Below, piece by piece: positions 39,685 to 49,218 of a stretch of 64,000 bases of DNA. Location of the stretch: positions 2,976,001 to 3,040,000 of the forward strand of contig OZ245002.1 in assembly GCA_965223415.1 (NCBI GenBank), read 5' to 3'. Position 1 is the stretch's first letter, and every line of letters starts with the position of its first letter. A model generated the notes under the pieces. It was not told the origin of the DNA, did no database searches, and worked only from the letters and a program-made list of their open reading frames with translations. The position numbers were made by a program, and so were the translations under genes. Source of the DNA: Myxococcota bacterium (GTDB taxonomy: Bacteria > Myxococcota_A > UBA9160 > UBA6930).

Positions 39685-40890
39685 TCACGGTCGGACCAGG
39701 GACAGCCTTCTCTTCGCGGCCGGATGCGCGGGTTCAACGCGGTTCCGTCCGCGCATCTTGGCGGCGTAGAGGGCGCGGTCCGCCCGCTCCAGCAAGGCGG
39801 CGGGGGTGTGGCTCGGCCCGGGGACGAAGGCGGCGGCGCCGAGGCTGAGCGTCACGACGCCGTGGTCCGACGTCTCGTGGGCGAGCGCCCGGGACTCGAC
39901 CGCCTGGCGAATCCGCTCGGCCACGGCGAGGCCTCCCTCCACGTCGATCTCCGGGAGGAGGAGAGCGAACTCCTCGCCTCCGTAGCGGGCGGCCAGGTCG
40001 GAGGCGCGGAGGAGCGACGACTGGATGGTCCCCGCGACGTCGCGAAGACAGGTGTCCCCGGCCGGGTGCCCGTAGCGATCGTTGTACTGCTTGAATTGGT
40101 CGATATCGCACAGGATCACGCACAGCGGGCGCCCGGCTCGCATCGTGCGGCGCCACTCGCGAGAGAGGGAAGCGTCGAAGGTGCGGCGGTTCGCGAGGCT
40201 GGTCAGCGGATCCAGCCCGGCGAGCTGCTCGAGCTCCTCGTTGGCCTGCGCCAGCTGGTAGCGCAGGATCCCGTCCCGGATGCGCATCTGCTCGGCGAGG
40301 AAGGCCACCGCGACGACGAGGACCGATGCCGCGCACAGGAAGACGATCGGTGGCAGCATGACGAGGCCGGCCTCGTGGACCATCAGGTTGATGACGACGT
40401 ATCCGGTCGCGATCGTCGCCTCGATCCCGAGGACCGTCGAGGGCCTGAACGGAAGGAAGAGCGGGACGATCTGCATCAGCACGATGCCGGTCAGGTAGCT
40501 CGCCTCGAATCCGTCGGTCACCGCGCAGATCGCGGAGATCGCGAAGGAGCCGCAGCAGATTCCCGCGATCGAGATCGCGCGGATCGCGGGGGCGAAGCGG
40601 TCCACGAAGCAGAGCGGAAGGCTGACGAGGCACAGCATGAGCACTGGAACGCGGAGCCACAGGAAGGACGCAGCCAGATCGGGTGCGACGATCCGATCCA
40701 GCCCCCAGAAGCTGATGAAGATCAGCGGGCCCAGGCTGAGGAGCACGCGCGCCTGGATCAGGAACTTCACGTCCCGATCGCGCTCGATCTCGTGGACGAT
40801 GGCCGGATCGAGGCGCAGCGACAGGCGCGAATCGCCGACCCACGCGCCGGCGAAATGCGCGTCCGCCGGTCCTTCCTGGTTCGGGTTCAT
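39685..40890 (-). CDS. Membrane-bound diguanylate cyclase
   Basis: Multiple TM helices, then DPLT...NRR...DIDQFK...ARYGGEEF. Confidence 0.92.
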   Translation of the reverse strand: MNPNQEGPADAHFAGAWVGDSRLSLRLDPAIVHEIERDRDVKFLIQARVLLSLGPLIFISFWGLDRIVAPDLAASFLWLRVPVLMLCLVSLPLCFVDRFAPAIRAISIAGICCGSFAISAICAVTDGFEASYLTGIVLMQIVPLFLPFRPSTVLGIEATIATGYVVINLMVHEAGLVMLPPIVFLCAASVLVVAVAFLAEQMRIRDGILRYQLAQANEELEQLAGLDPLTSLANRRTFDASLSREWRRTMRAGRPLCVILCDIDQFKQYNDRYGHPAGDTCLRDVAGTIQSSLLRASDLAARYGGEEFALLLPEIDVEGGLAVAERIRQAVESRALAHETSDHGVVTLSLGAAAFVPGPSHTPAALLERADRALYAAKMRGRNRVEPAHPAAKRRLSLVRP

Positions 40891-41138
40891 GAGATGGCGC
40901 CCGCCTCCGCACGCGGCGGCGCCCGCCGCGACTGCTCCTCACCCTATCGGAAGGAGCAGCCGGGCGCGGGATCGGGGGAAACCCCGACCCGAAGGGCGAG
41001 GGCGCCGGCCACCGAGCACGGAGCGCCGTCGCGGCTCCGCACTGTGTGGGCAGTGAGCGGCCCAGAAGGCCTGTCTTCACCGGATCCAGGGGAACGCAGC
41101 CGCACGAAAGGGCTTCCCGCCCTCCGATCCGATCGCGC

Positions 41139-41166
41139 GGTGGGCCCTCCTGGATTCGAACCGGGA
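41139..41166 (-). other. tRNA 3'-end fragment (T-arm + acceptor), probable att site
   Basis: Reverse strand CCCGGTTCGAATCCAGGAGGGCCCACC; no D or anticodon arms; parent tRNA would start GGGCCCT (Ile/Ile2-like, uncertain). Confidence 0.7.
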
Positions 41167-41218
41167 GGGAAGGGGGAAAACAAGAAGGGTTCCAGTTAGT
41201 TACGCGGGCGGATCGGGC

Positions 41219-41239
41219 TTGGCGACAAGTTGGCGACAA
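41219..41239. repeat. Direct repeat TTGGCGACAA x2, probable integrase arm-type sites
   Basis: Perfect 10-mer pair separated by 1 nt, ~55 nt inside the att fragment. Confidence 0.55.
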
Positions 41240-41290
41240 AGTCCTCAAGATCACTTTGTTGCCTGGGGCGCTGCAGCGAGGTCGGCGCGA

Positions 41291-41506
41291 TCACAGCTTC
41301 GCGTACTGGTACCGCCCCCTAATGTTGCTGTTGAGATACTGACCCTTCGAATCGGCCTGCATAAGCTCCTGGAACACCCATTCCTCGACACTGTAGTGGA
41401 CGTACGTCTCTCCCGATTTCAGGAAGCGGACGTGGAGTTCTTGGGAGTCCGGCTCATAGCCAATCGCCTCGATGTTCGATGAGTCGATGAAGTGCATCTC
41501 AGGCAT
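41291..41506 (-). CDS. KTSC domain protein
   Basis: DSSNIEAIGY...LHVRF..G..Y.HYSV...LMQADSKGQYLNSNIRGRY. Confidence 0.88.
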   Translation of the reverse strand: MPEMHFIDSSNIEAIGYEPDSQELHVRFLKSGETYVHYSVEEWVFQELMQADSKGQYLNSNIRGRYQYAKL

Positions 41507-42386
41507 TGGGTCCCCCATCTTCATCGTCCGCGGGTGCGGAGGTCTCGGCAGACGTTGACTGCGTGCGCCAGTTTCCCAGTGCCTGTGAGTACAGGTCTGC
41601 ATCCGGACGATCCGGCGTGAGCCAGACATCCGGCAGTCTCGGATCATCCCCGACGGGCTTGTTCTTTGCTTTGCGTACCCGGACCCGCGAGGGGATTGGC
41701 ATTACCTCGCCTAGAAGGATCCCCTCGCCGGTCCGCAGGGCCGGCAACTGCTCAACAAGTCCACCCAAGTCATCCGGCACAGCGGAGGCCACTCTTGCAC
41801 GATCTGCCGAGTTCGTCAGACGCAACGCGATCATTGAACCGCACTGGCTCAATACTGCCGGGTCGATTTCTGACGGCCGCTGCGTCACAAGCATGAGGCC
41901 CACGCCGTACTTTCGACCCTCCTTCGCGATCATGGAAAGCGTCCGATGAGCGCTGGTATCCTCCCCTTCGGGAACGAAGCGATGGGCTTCATCAAGAACG
42001 ACGAACAGTGGCTGCTGTCGCCCACCGATCGGAAGATCCTGGGCCCAGAACAACATGTCATAGACGACCCGGAGCATCGTTCCCACAATCACCGGGAGCA
42101 CCTCGGAAGGAAGGCCGGATACATCGAAGACCGTGATCGGTCGATCGTGTCCAATCCAATCTCTTACCAGTGAATCCAGATCAGCTTGAACCCCTCCGGC
42201 CAGATCAGGCTCGTAGCCGCCGCCGGGCGCGAACAGAAACTCGAAACGGCCGTCTCTGAGTCTGCTGTGCATTAGCCCAAGCTGCCGCTCGATGTTGCGC
42301 TTTCGCTGATTCTTGTAGGGGGGCTGGTTATAGGGGCTAGCCGCCGGGTACCGATCGGGCTTGAGCTGGCTGGCGTTCCCCTTCTC
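41499..42386 (-). pseudogene. HerA/FtsK-like (DUF87) ATPase, C-terminal part only, truncated by IS21
   Basis: VVLDEAHRFV, IAKEGRKYGVGLMLVTQRPSE, LRLTNSAD; Walker A absent. Confidence 0.85.
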
Positions 42387-44043
42387 CCTCGGTGGACACC
42401 CAAAACCGGCCATAGAAGGACGTCTGAAAAGCGGCCATAGGGGCTGACGCCCAGGACGTTGACGACGGCGAGGGACCTGCGATCCCCCGCCGCCATGGCG
42501 AACCTTCTGGGCAACGAGAAACGCGAGCAGATTCTGGCACTTGGCCGCCTCGGCTGGTCGCTTCGGCGGATCGAGGAGGCGACGGGCGTGCGCCGGGAGA
42601 CGGCGAGCCGTTACCTCCGGGCCGCGGGGATCGCGGTGCGATCTCCTGGTCGCTGGGGGCACGGGGCCCCAAACCCGGCCATAGAGGCGTCCACCGACTC
42701 GAAGGCCCCGGCAAAAGCGGCCAAAGAGGCGTCCACCGATCCGGCCTGGCCGCCGATGCCGGGCCGGAGCCCCCAGGCCAGCGCCTGCGAGCCCTACCGC
42801 GAGTGGATCGAGGCGGGCGTGCGCCAGGGCCGGACGGCGATGGCGATCTGGCAGGACCTGGTCGATGACCACGGCTTCGCCTTCAGCTATGCGAGTGTGA
42901 AGCGCTTCGTGGCGAAGCAGCGAGCCGCGGCGCCGCGCGAGGCGCACCCGGTGATCGAGACGGCACCGGGAGAAGAGGGCCAGGTCGACTACGGCGACGG
43001 GCCGATGGTGCGGCATCCCGGGTCGGGGAAGTACCGGCGCACGAGGCTGTTCGTCTTCACCCTGGGCTACAGCCGCAAGTGCGTTCGGCTGCTCGTGTGG
43101 AAGTCGAGCAGCCAGGTCTGGTCGGAGCTGCACGAGAAGGCCTTCCGCCGGCTGGGCGGTGCACCGCGCACCGTCGTCCTCGACAACCTCAAGGAGGGCG
43201 TTCTCAAGCCCGACGTCTACGACCCCGCGCTCAACCCCCTCTACCGCGATGTGCTCGCCCACTACGGCGTGACGGCGCTTCCGTGCCGGGTGCGCCACCC
43301 CGATCGCAAGGGGAAGGTCGAGTCCGGGGTGCGCCACGCGCAGCAGAAGGTCCGCGGGATGCGCTTCGAGTCGCTCGAGCAGGCCCAGGCCTACCTCGAC
43401 CGCTGGGAGCGCCGGTGGGCCGACACCCGCATCCACGGCACGACCAAGCGCCAGGTGGCGGCGATGTACGAAGAGGAGAAGCCGCACCTGCTCGGGCTTC
43501 CCATCGAGCCCTTCCGCTACTACCAGCACGGCGAGCGCACGGTGCACCTCGACGGGGCCATCGAGGTGGAGGGGGCCTACTACCACGCGCCGCCGGGCTG
43601 GCTGGGGCGGCGGGTGGCCGTCCAATGGGACGGGCTGCGGGTGCGGATGCTCGATCTGCAGACGGGGGAGCTGCTGCGCGAGCACGTCCGCCAGAGGCGG
43701 GGGCGCCGCAGGATGCGGGAGGAGGACCGCCCGAAGCGGACGCCGGCCACGACCCTCCAGCTGCTCGCGCGGGCCCGGCGGGCCGGCGCCCACGTGGGCG
43801 AGGTGTGTGAGGCGATCCATCGCCTGGACGGCGAGCCCGGGGTGCGTCGCATCCTGGGCGTGCTCTCCCTGTGCAAGCGCCACGGCATCCCTCGCGTCGA
43901 CGATGCCTGCGCCACCGCCCTGGCCCTCGAGCTGCCCACCTACGCGTTCGTCAAGCGCTACCTGGAGCGTCAGCCCGAGCTGCCGCTCTCGCTCAAGCAG
44001 GTGGACCCGCTCATCCGCCAGCTCACCCACTACCGCGATCTCA
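42387..44043 (+). mobile_element. IS21-family element A, truncated (left end + istA only)
   Basis: Left end CCTCGGTGGACACCCAAAACCGGCCAT with repeated AAAxCGGCCAT motifs; cut at 44043 by element B; istB and right end missing. Confidence 0.85.
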
Positions 44044-44072
44044 TGTCGCAGGACGTGATATTCGAGGGCTAA
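42495..44072 (+). CDS. istA: IS21 transposase IstA (last residues supplied by the inserted IS)
   Basis: GEEGQVDYG, VLDNLK, RKGKVESGV DDE motifs. Confidence 0.88.
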   Translation: MANLLGNEKREQILALGRLGWSLRRIEEATGVRRETASRYLRAAGIAVRSPGRWGHGAPNPAIEASTDSKAPAKAAKEASTDPAWPPMPGRSPQASACEPYREWIEAGVRQGRTAMAIWQDLVDDHGFAFSYASVKRFVAKQRAAAPREAHPVIETAPGEEGQVDYGDGPMVRHPGSGKYRRTRLFVFTLGYSRKCVRLLVWKSSSQVWSELHEKAFRRLGGAPRTVVLDNLKEGVLKPDVYDPALNPLYRDVLAHYGVTALPCRVRHPDRKGKVESGVRHAQQKVRGMRFESLEQAQAYLDRWERRWADTRIHGTTKRQVAAMYEEEKPHLLGLPIEPFRYYQHGERTVHLDGAIEVEGAYYHAPPGWLGRRVAVQWDGLRVRMLDLQTGELLREHVRQRRGRRRMREEDRPKRTPATTLQLLARARRAGAHVGEVCEAIHRLDGEPGVRRILGVLSLCKRHGIPRVDDACATALALELPTYAFVKRYLERQPELPLSLKQVDPLIRQLTHYRDLMSQDVIFEG

Positions 44073-44174
44073 GAGGACACGTAGATTTGCGCACCTCCTG
44101 TTGAGCCGCTGCGCGGCACGTTCCCCGTGAGGGAGGGGGGCGTGGGGCAGCGGCGACTGAGGCAGGAGGAAGTG

Positions 44175-45413
44175 ATGACGATCGAAGTGCTGCACGAGCG
44201 GGGGTGCTCGAACCGGGAGATCGCCCGCCAGCTGGGGATCCGGGAGAGCGCGGTGCGCTACCGGCTGAAGCGGCTGGCGGAGGGGGCGCGAGACGGCCGG
44301 AGCGGGAAGCCCTTCCTGGCCGAGGCGGTCCACGAGGTGATCGCGGAGTGGCTGGAGGCGAGCTCGGGAGGCCGTGGCGTGAACCTGCAGGAGCTTCACG
44401 AGTTCCTGGTGGAGGAGCACGGGTACACGGGGAGCTCCAAGAGCGTGCAGCGGTACGTGCGGGCCCGGTTCCCGAGACCGAAGGTGCGGAGCCGGCGTCG
44501 GGTGGAGACACCGCCCGGGGCGCAGGGTCAGGTGGACTGGGGCGAGTTTCCGGGCGTGCGGATCGGGGGCCAGGAGGTGGACCTGCATGCCTTCCACCTG
44601 GTGCTCTCGCACTCGCGGCGAGAAGCGGTGGTGTGGTCGGAGCGGGCGGACACGCTGGCGTGGCTGGACGTGCACAACCGGGCCTTCGAGCGGCTGGGCG
44701 GGGTGCCGGCGGTGCTGCGGGTCGACAACGTGAAGACAGCGGTGGCGAAGGGGGCGGGGCCATGGGGGACGGTGAACCCGGCTTACGCGAGCTATGCCGG
44801 GGCCCTTCGCTTCCACGTGGACGCCACCCGTCCCCGCCAGCCGCAGGAGAAGGGGAAGGTGGAGCGTCGGATCCTGGGGCACCGGCGGGGCTTCGATCCG
44901 CGTCGGCGGGAGCACGAGAGCCTGGAGTCGCTGCAAGCGTGGACGGACGGCCAGGTGGCGCGCTCGAGCCACCGGCGGCAGTGCCCGGCGACGGGCACGA
45001 CGGTCTTCCAGGCGTGGGAGGCGGAGAAGCCCCATCTCGGGGCCCTGCCCGAGCGGCTTCCCGAGCCCTTCGACCTGGCCGTGATGCGACGTGTCGGGCG
45101 CGACGCCACGGTGCGCTTCGAGGGGCGTACCTACAGCGTCCCCTTCCGCTTCGTCGAGCAGAGCGTCGAGGTGCGCGGCTGCGCCCGGCAGGTGCAGGTC
45201 TGGGCCGAGGGCTCGGTGGTGGCCGCGCACCCGCGCCACACGCGAAGCCGCCTGCTGCTGGACCCGAGCCACTACGAGGGGCCGAGCACGGAGGGGGTGG
45301 AGGCGCCCGTACCGCTCGGGCGCATGGGTCGACGCCTCCAGGAGCTGTGGGCGATGGAGCCGGAGCAGCGGCCGATCGACCTCTATGCCGATCTGGCGGA
45401 GGTGGCGCGATGA
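44175..45413 (+). CDS. istA: IS21 transposase IstA
   Basis: HTH, ETPPGAQGQVDWG, VDNVK, EKGKVER; start could be slightly upstream. Confidence 0.92.
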   Translation: MTIEVLHERGCSNREIARQLGIRESAVRYRLKRLAEGARDGRSGKPFLAEAVHEVIAEWLEASSGGRGVNLQELHEFLVEEHGYTGSSKSVQRYVRARFPRPKVRSRRRVETPPGAQGQVDWGEFPGVRIGGQEVDLHAFHLVLSHSRREAVVWSERADTLAWLDVHNRAFERLGGVPAVLRVDNVKTAVAKGAGPWGTVNPAYASYAGALRFHVDATRPRQPQEKGKVERRILGHRRGFDPRRREHESLESLQAWTDGQVARSSHRRQCPATGTTVFQAWEAEKPHLGALPERLPEPFDLAVMRRVGRDATVRFEGRTYSVPFRFVEQSVEVRGCARQVQVWAEGSVVAAHPRHTRSRLLLDPSHYEGPSTEGVEAPVPLGRMGRRLQELWAMEPEQRPIDLYADLAEVAR

Positions 45414-46210
45414 CGGCGGGAAACCCGGTGCCCAAGAAGGGCGGCAAGGTGGATCTCGACCCGACCCGCGAGCGGCTCGTGCGCCTCGGCCTCCATCACG
45501 CGGCCGAGCACATCGGCGAGGAGCTGGCCCGAGCGACCAAGGACGACCTCGTGCCCCACCGCTTCCTCGACCTGCTGCTCGAGGCCGAGCTGCAGCACCG
45601 CGAGGAGCGGAGGATGAAGACCTCGCTCCGTCTCTCGGGCCTTCCCACGGGGCAGACCCTCGGCAACTTCGACTTCGCCTTCCAGCCGAGTGTGGAGCGG
45701 AGCCGGATCGAGACGCTGGGCACCTGCGCGTGGATCCGGGCCAAGGAGAGTCTGCTGATCCAGGGTCCGCCGGGAGTGGGCAAGACCCACCTGGCGGTGG
45801 CCCTGGGGGTGCGGGCCGTGGAGAACGGCTTCTCCGTGGCCTTCCATCGCCTCGAGGACCTGCTGGCGGCCCTCAAGCGCGACGCCGAGATCAGCCCGCA
45901 ACGGCTGCGGCGGCGCAAGCACATGAACGTGGCGCTCCTCGTCATCGACGAGGTCGGCTTCGAGCCCATGACGCGCCAGGAGGCGAGCCTCTTCTTCCGG
46001 CTCGTCTCCTACCGCTATGGGAGGGGCTCGATCCTGATCACCACGAACAAGGGCATCGCCGACTGGCCCGAGGTGCTGGCGGGCGACGAGGTGCTGGCCA
46101 CCGCCATCCTCGATCGCCTCCTCCACCACAGCCAGGTGCTCAACATCTCGGGGCGGAGCTACCGGCTCCGCGAGCTCGAGCAGGCCGCGGGGCAAAGCGC
46201 CCAGCGTTGA
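45410..46210 (+). CDS. istB: IS21 helper ATPase IstB
   Basis: FDFAFQ, GPPGVGKTHLA, LVIDEVG, AILDRLLHH, GRSYR. Confidence 0.95.
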   Translation: MTAGNPVPKKGGKVDLDPTRERLVRLGLHHAAEHIGEELARATKDDLVPHRFLDLLLEAELQHREERRMKTSLRLSGLPTGQTLGNFDFAFQPSVERSRIETLGTCAWIRAKESLLIQGPPGVGKTHLAVALGVRAVENGFSVAFHRLEDLLAALKRDAEISPQRLRRRKHMNVALLVIDEVGFEPMTRQEASLFFRLVSYRYGRGSILITTNKGIADWPEVLAGDEVLATAILDRLLHHSQVLNISGRSYRLRELEQAAGQSAQR

Positions 46211-46345
46211 GGCCCCAGAGGGCGGCCTGACGGCCGTGCTCTCCTTCGGAGAGCGGAAGAGAAGAAGGAAGAACCGAACATCAACCCAGGGGGGTGCGCA
46301 AAACTAGCCGTCCTCTTAGCGCGCAAGAGATGACGTCCCTCGACA

Positions 46346-46711
46346 ATTGTTGCGGCCGTTAAAGGCTGCGGTCTCTGCGCTAGTGAATGCGGAGGCGCCC
46401 GACACGCCAGCGCAGTGCTTCTTCCGCAGTTCGGGGAAGCGCGCGAGCAGGCCAAACCCAACAAGCAGGTGCGTTTTTCCGCCACCCATCGCCTGCTTCA
46501 GATGAAAAACCGCTTGCGACGAAGTACCTGCCAGGCGCGCGACGCCCTCGCTGATGAGGTCCTGCATTCCCTGAGTAATGTGGGTCTTTTCGAAGAAGGC
46601 CCTTCCGTCGCCTTCCGCCGTGATGAGCTCGTCCAGCTGCTCGATCTGGTCGCTGAGCTTGATGGAGAGAGCATTAGCTTCTACCTGGCAAGCATCACGG
46701 ACAGTCTTCAT
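46346..46711 (-). pseudogene. DUF499-family AAA+ ATPase, N-terminal ~120 codons, truncated by IS21
   Basis: MKTVRDAC...FFEKTHITQGM...LKQAMGGGKTHLL Walker A context typical of DUF499 proteins. Confidence 0.8.
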
Positions 46712-46767
46712 CGCTTGGTTGCTCCCGCGGCGCGCTCAAGTGCGCCGCCTATCTCTCAAGAGAACTA

Positions 46768-48434
46768 GCTACTTCCCGTCCAAGAACTCGTAAGTCACTG
46801 AGAAGAAAAGGAATTGGCGCAAACGCGCCTCCCGATCGAGTTTCGATTGGTGTATGTTAGGTGGTGCCAACCTACCGAACATACACAGCAATTCGCCAAC
46901 CGGGGGGTGAAGCGATGCGCCGATTCCGAGAAACTCAGCTCTCACTCACGCCCACATGGGGTCCGCATCAACATACCCGAGAGCTGCAGATGATCGCCAG
47001 GATCCTCGGGGCGGATCCGCGCTTGGGTGCTGTTGTGCACGGAGATCTGATCGGGGAACGTCGCGCCGATACCGGCCGTCGGGGCCTCAGCGGCGATCAG
47101 GTCCTTCGAATCGCCCTACTCAAGCAGATCCACGGGCTGAGCTACCGGGAGTTGGAGTTTCACCTCCAGGACTCGGCCGCCTTCCGCAGCTTCGTAGGAC
47201 TCGGGCTCGGTGACTGGCCCCGCTTCCAGACCCTTCAGGACAACGTCAAACGGATCCGGCCCGAGACGTGGGAAGCCATCCACCGTGCGTTGATCGGCCT
47301 GGCTCGCCGGGAAGGAATCGAACGAGGCGAGACGATTCGGGCGGATACGACGGTCGTCGAGGCGAACATCCACGAGCCCGCCGACTCGGCCCTGCTCTGG
47401 GACAGCGTTCGGGTGATGACGCGGATTTTGCGAAGGATGGCGAAGCAACGCCCTTCGCTGCGCAAGATGTTCCCGGATCGTCGTCGTTGCGTGAAGCGAC
47501 GCGCCTACGCGATCAAGTTCCACCGGCGGTCGATCAACCTGGTCGCGAGCTATCGGTGCATGATCCGGGCCACGGAAGAGGTCTGCCAAGCGGCCCGTAG
47601 CGTCGCGGAGAGGGTCGCCCGAGTCGAAGACACGACGCCGCTTCGCGAAGAGCTCCTCGCGGTGCTTCCCCTCGTCGAGCGCGTCATCGATCAGAGCCGT
47701 CGCCGTGTCCTCGAAGGCGAGCGCGTCCCTGCAGCCGAGAAGATCGTGTCGATCTTCGAGCCGCACTCGGACATCCTCGTGAAGGACAATCGAGGCACCT
47801 ACTACGGTCACAAGGTCTGTCTGACTGGCGGCAGGTCGTCACTCGTCCTCGACTGTGTCATCGAGGAAGGAAACCCTACGGACTCGACGCTGGTCGAACG
47901 TACGCTCGAGCGCCATGCAGATCTCTTCGGCAAGGCACCCCGCCAAGTGGCGATGGACGGAGGCTTCGCGTCCATGGACAACGTTGCCAAGGCCAAGGCG
48001 CTCGGCGTGGAAGACATGGCCTTCAACAAGAAGAGCGGACTCGAGGTCCACGAGATGGTGCGCAGCGCCTGGGTCTTCCGGCGCCTTCGTGACTTCCGCT
48101 CGGGGATCGAGGGCGTGATCTCGACGCTCAAGCGAGCGTTCCAGATGGACCGATGCACCTGGCGGGGCCTGGCGTCCTTCAAGGCCTATGTCTGGGCCAG
48201 TGTGACGAGCTTCAACCTCGTCGCCTTGGCCCGCCACCTGCTGACTCGCGAGTTCGCCTGAACCCCTGAGAGTGGTTCGGTCGGTGGACACGTGCGCCCG
48301 CGCATCGGAACACGGTCGCTCACTCACCCCGACGGCTCCGGGACTGCTGTGACATCGCTACTCTCAACGCCCGCGAAGACCGCCAACGATCCACTAAGAG
48401 GCCGACGAACGGCTCTTCTCGGACGGGAAGTAGC
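46768..48434 (+). mobile_element. ISNCY/IS5-like insertion sequence
   Basis: IRs GCTACTTCCCGTCCAAGAA / TTCTCGGACGGGAAGTAGC (18/19 match); TA on both flanks (apparent TSD). Confidence 0.88.
46915..48261 (+). CDS. ISNCY-family DDE transposase
   Basis: RADTTVVEANIHEP, EKIVSIFEPH, MDGGF, FRSGIEGVIS. Confidence 0.9.
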   Translation: MRRFRETQLSLTPTWGPHQHTRELQMIARILGADPRLGAVVHGDLIGERRADTGRRGLSGDQVLRIALLKQIHGLSYRELEFHLQDSAAFRSFVGLGLGDWPRFQTLQDNVKRIRPETWEAIHRALIGLARREGIERGETIRADTTVVEANIHEPADSALLWDSVRVMTRILRRMAKQRPSLRKMFPDRRRCVKRRAYAIKFHRRSINLVASYRCMIRATEEVCQAARSVAERVARVEDTTPLREELLAVLPLVERVIDQSRRRVLEGERVPAAEKIVSIFEPHSDILVKDNRGTYYGHKVCLTGGRSSLVLDCVIEEGNPTDSTLVERTLERHADLFGKAPRQVAMDGGFASMDNVAKAKALGVEDMAFNKKSGLEVHEMVRSAWVFRRLRDFRSGIEGVISTLKRAFQMDRCTWRGLASFKAYVWASVTSFNLVALARHLLTREFA

Positions 48435-48868
48435 TATCTGTCGCCACGCAGCAGAAAGAAGTTCTCGAGCACCCGCGGCCCTACGCCCTTGACCGGAGCA
48501 AGCATGCGCCGTACCTCGTCGCAGCTTCCGTGCTCGAGAATCTCCGTGTACTGACCGATTGAGCCACTTCCAAGGAACGCACCGAGTGAGACCAGGCGAT
48601 CTGTGAAGATTGCCGTCATCGTATCCCCGCGGTTGTATCCACCGGCTCCGAGTTTCTTGGCAATCGAGGCGGAAGGTGCCTCGTTCAAGACTGCTGGGTC
48701 GAAGAGACCCTGAGCTTGCAGTGCATCGAATAAGGCGAAGGTGCGTTCAAGCGGATAGTTGTTGACCGACAGCATCGCCATCACGAGGTCCGCCCACGGT
48801 CCCGTGACGATCTCGCTTGCTCCCCGTTTGGCTGCTTTCAACGAACCCCCCTGCGGATCACCCAGCAT
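48434..48868 (-). CDS. Small protein with C-terminal helix-hairpin-helix motif
   Basis: LAPVKGVGPRVLENF HhH pattern; start overlaps the HTH gene end; start uncertain. Confidence 0.65.
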   Translation of the reverse strand: MLGDPQGGSLKAAKRGASEIVTGPWADLVMAMLSVNNYPLERTFALFDALQAQGLFDPAVLNEAPSASIAKKLGAGGYNRGDTMTAIFTDRLVSLGAFLGSGSIGQYTEILEHGSCDEVRRMLAPVKGVGPRVLENFFLLRGDR

Positions 48869-49064
48869 CCGACCTTTGGTCCGCGTTCTTTTGCTTGCGA
48901 ACTTGGATCCATTCCTCGAGGTCACTCCTTTGGAATCTCCACGCGCCGGCAACCTTGAAGCCAGGGAGTTCTCGCCGTTGCGCTAGGCGGTACACAGTCT
49001 TCTCGTTCACGTTTAGGTAGGCCGCCACGTCTCGGACGGTCATCGCAGGCAGGGAGTCCTTCAT
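48858..49064 (-). CDS. Excisionase-like HTH_17 DNA-binding protein
   Basis: MTVRDVAAYLNVNEKTVYRLAQRRELPGFKVAGAWRF. Confidence 0.88.
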   Translation of the reverse strand: MKDSLPAMTVRDVAAYLNVNEKTVYRLAQRRELPGFKVAGAWRFQRSDLEEWIQVRKQKNADQRSDAG

Positions 49065-49218
49065 CTGGCTCCTCTGGGAAACAGGTCCAAACCTGTCCAT
49101 CCTATGTGGTGGCTGGCCGGCTGGCAAGCAGAAAAGGTTCGCCGTTTCAGCCGGTTAGGCTCCCCGCTGCGTCCGGCGGCCAGCAGATCGCCCGGGTCGG
49201 TAGCGCACCGGGTGGCTT

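Larger units (their letters stand above)
44044..46345 (+). mobile_element. IS21-family element B, copy 1 (2302 bp)
   Basis: Imperfect terminal IRs TGTCGCAGGACGTGATATTCGAGGGCTAAGAGGAC / TGTCGAGGGACGTCATCTCTTGCGCGCTAAGAGGAC; TG...CA ends; istA-istB; no TSD. Confidence 0.93.

Noticed and set aside
41499..45272. 1257-aa ORF suggesting a large HerA fusion
   Set aside because: Its N-terminal ~960 aa are the antisense of two IS21 elements; only 41499-42386 is HerA.
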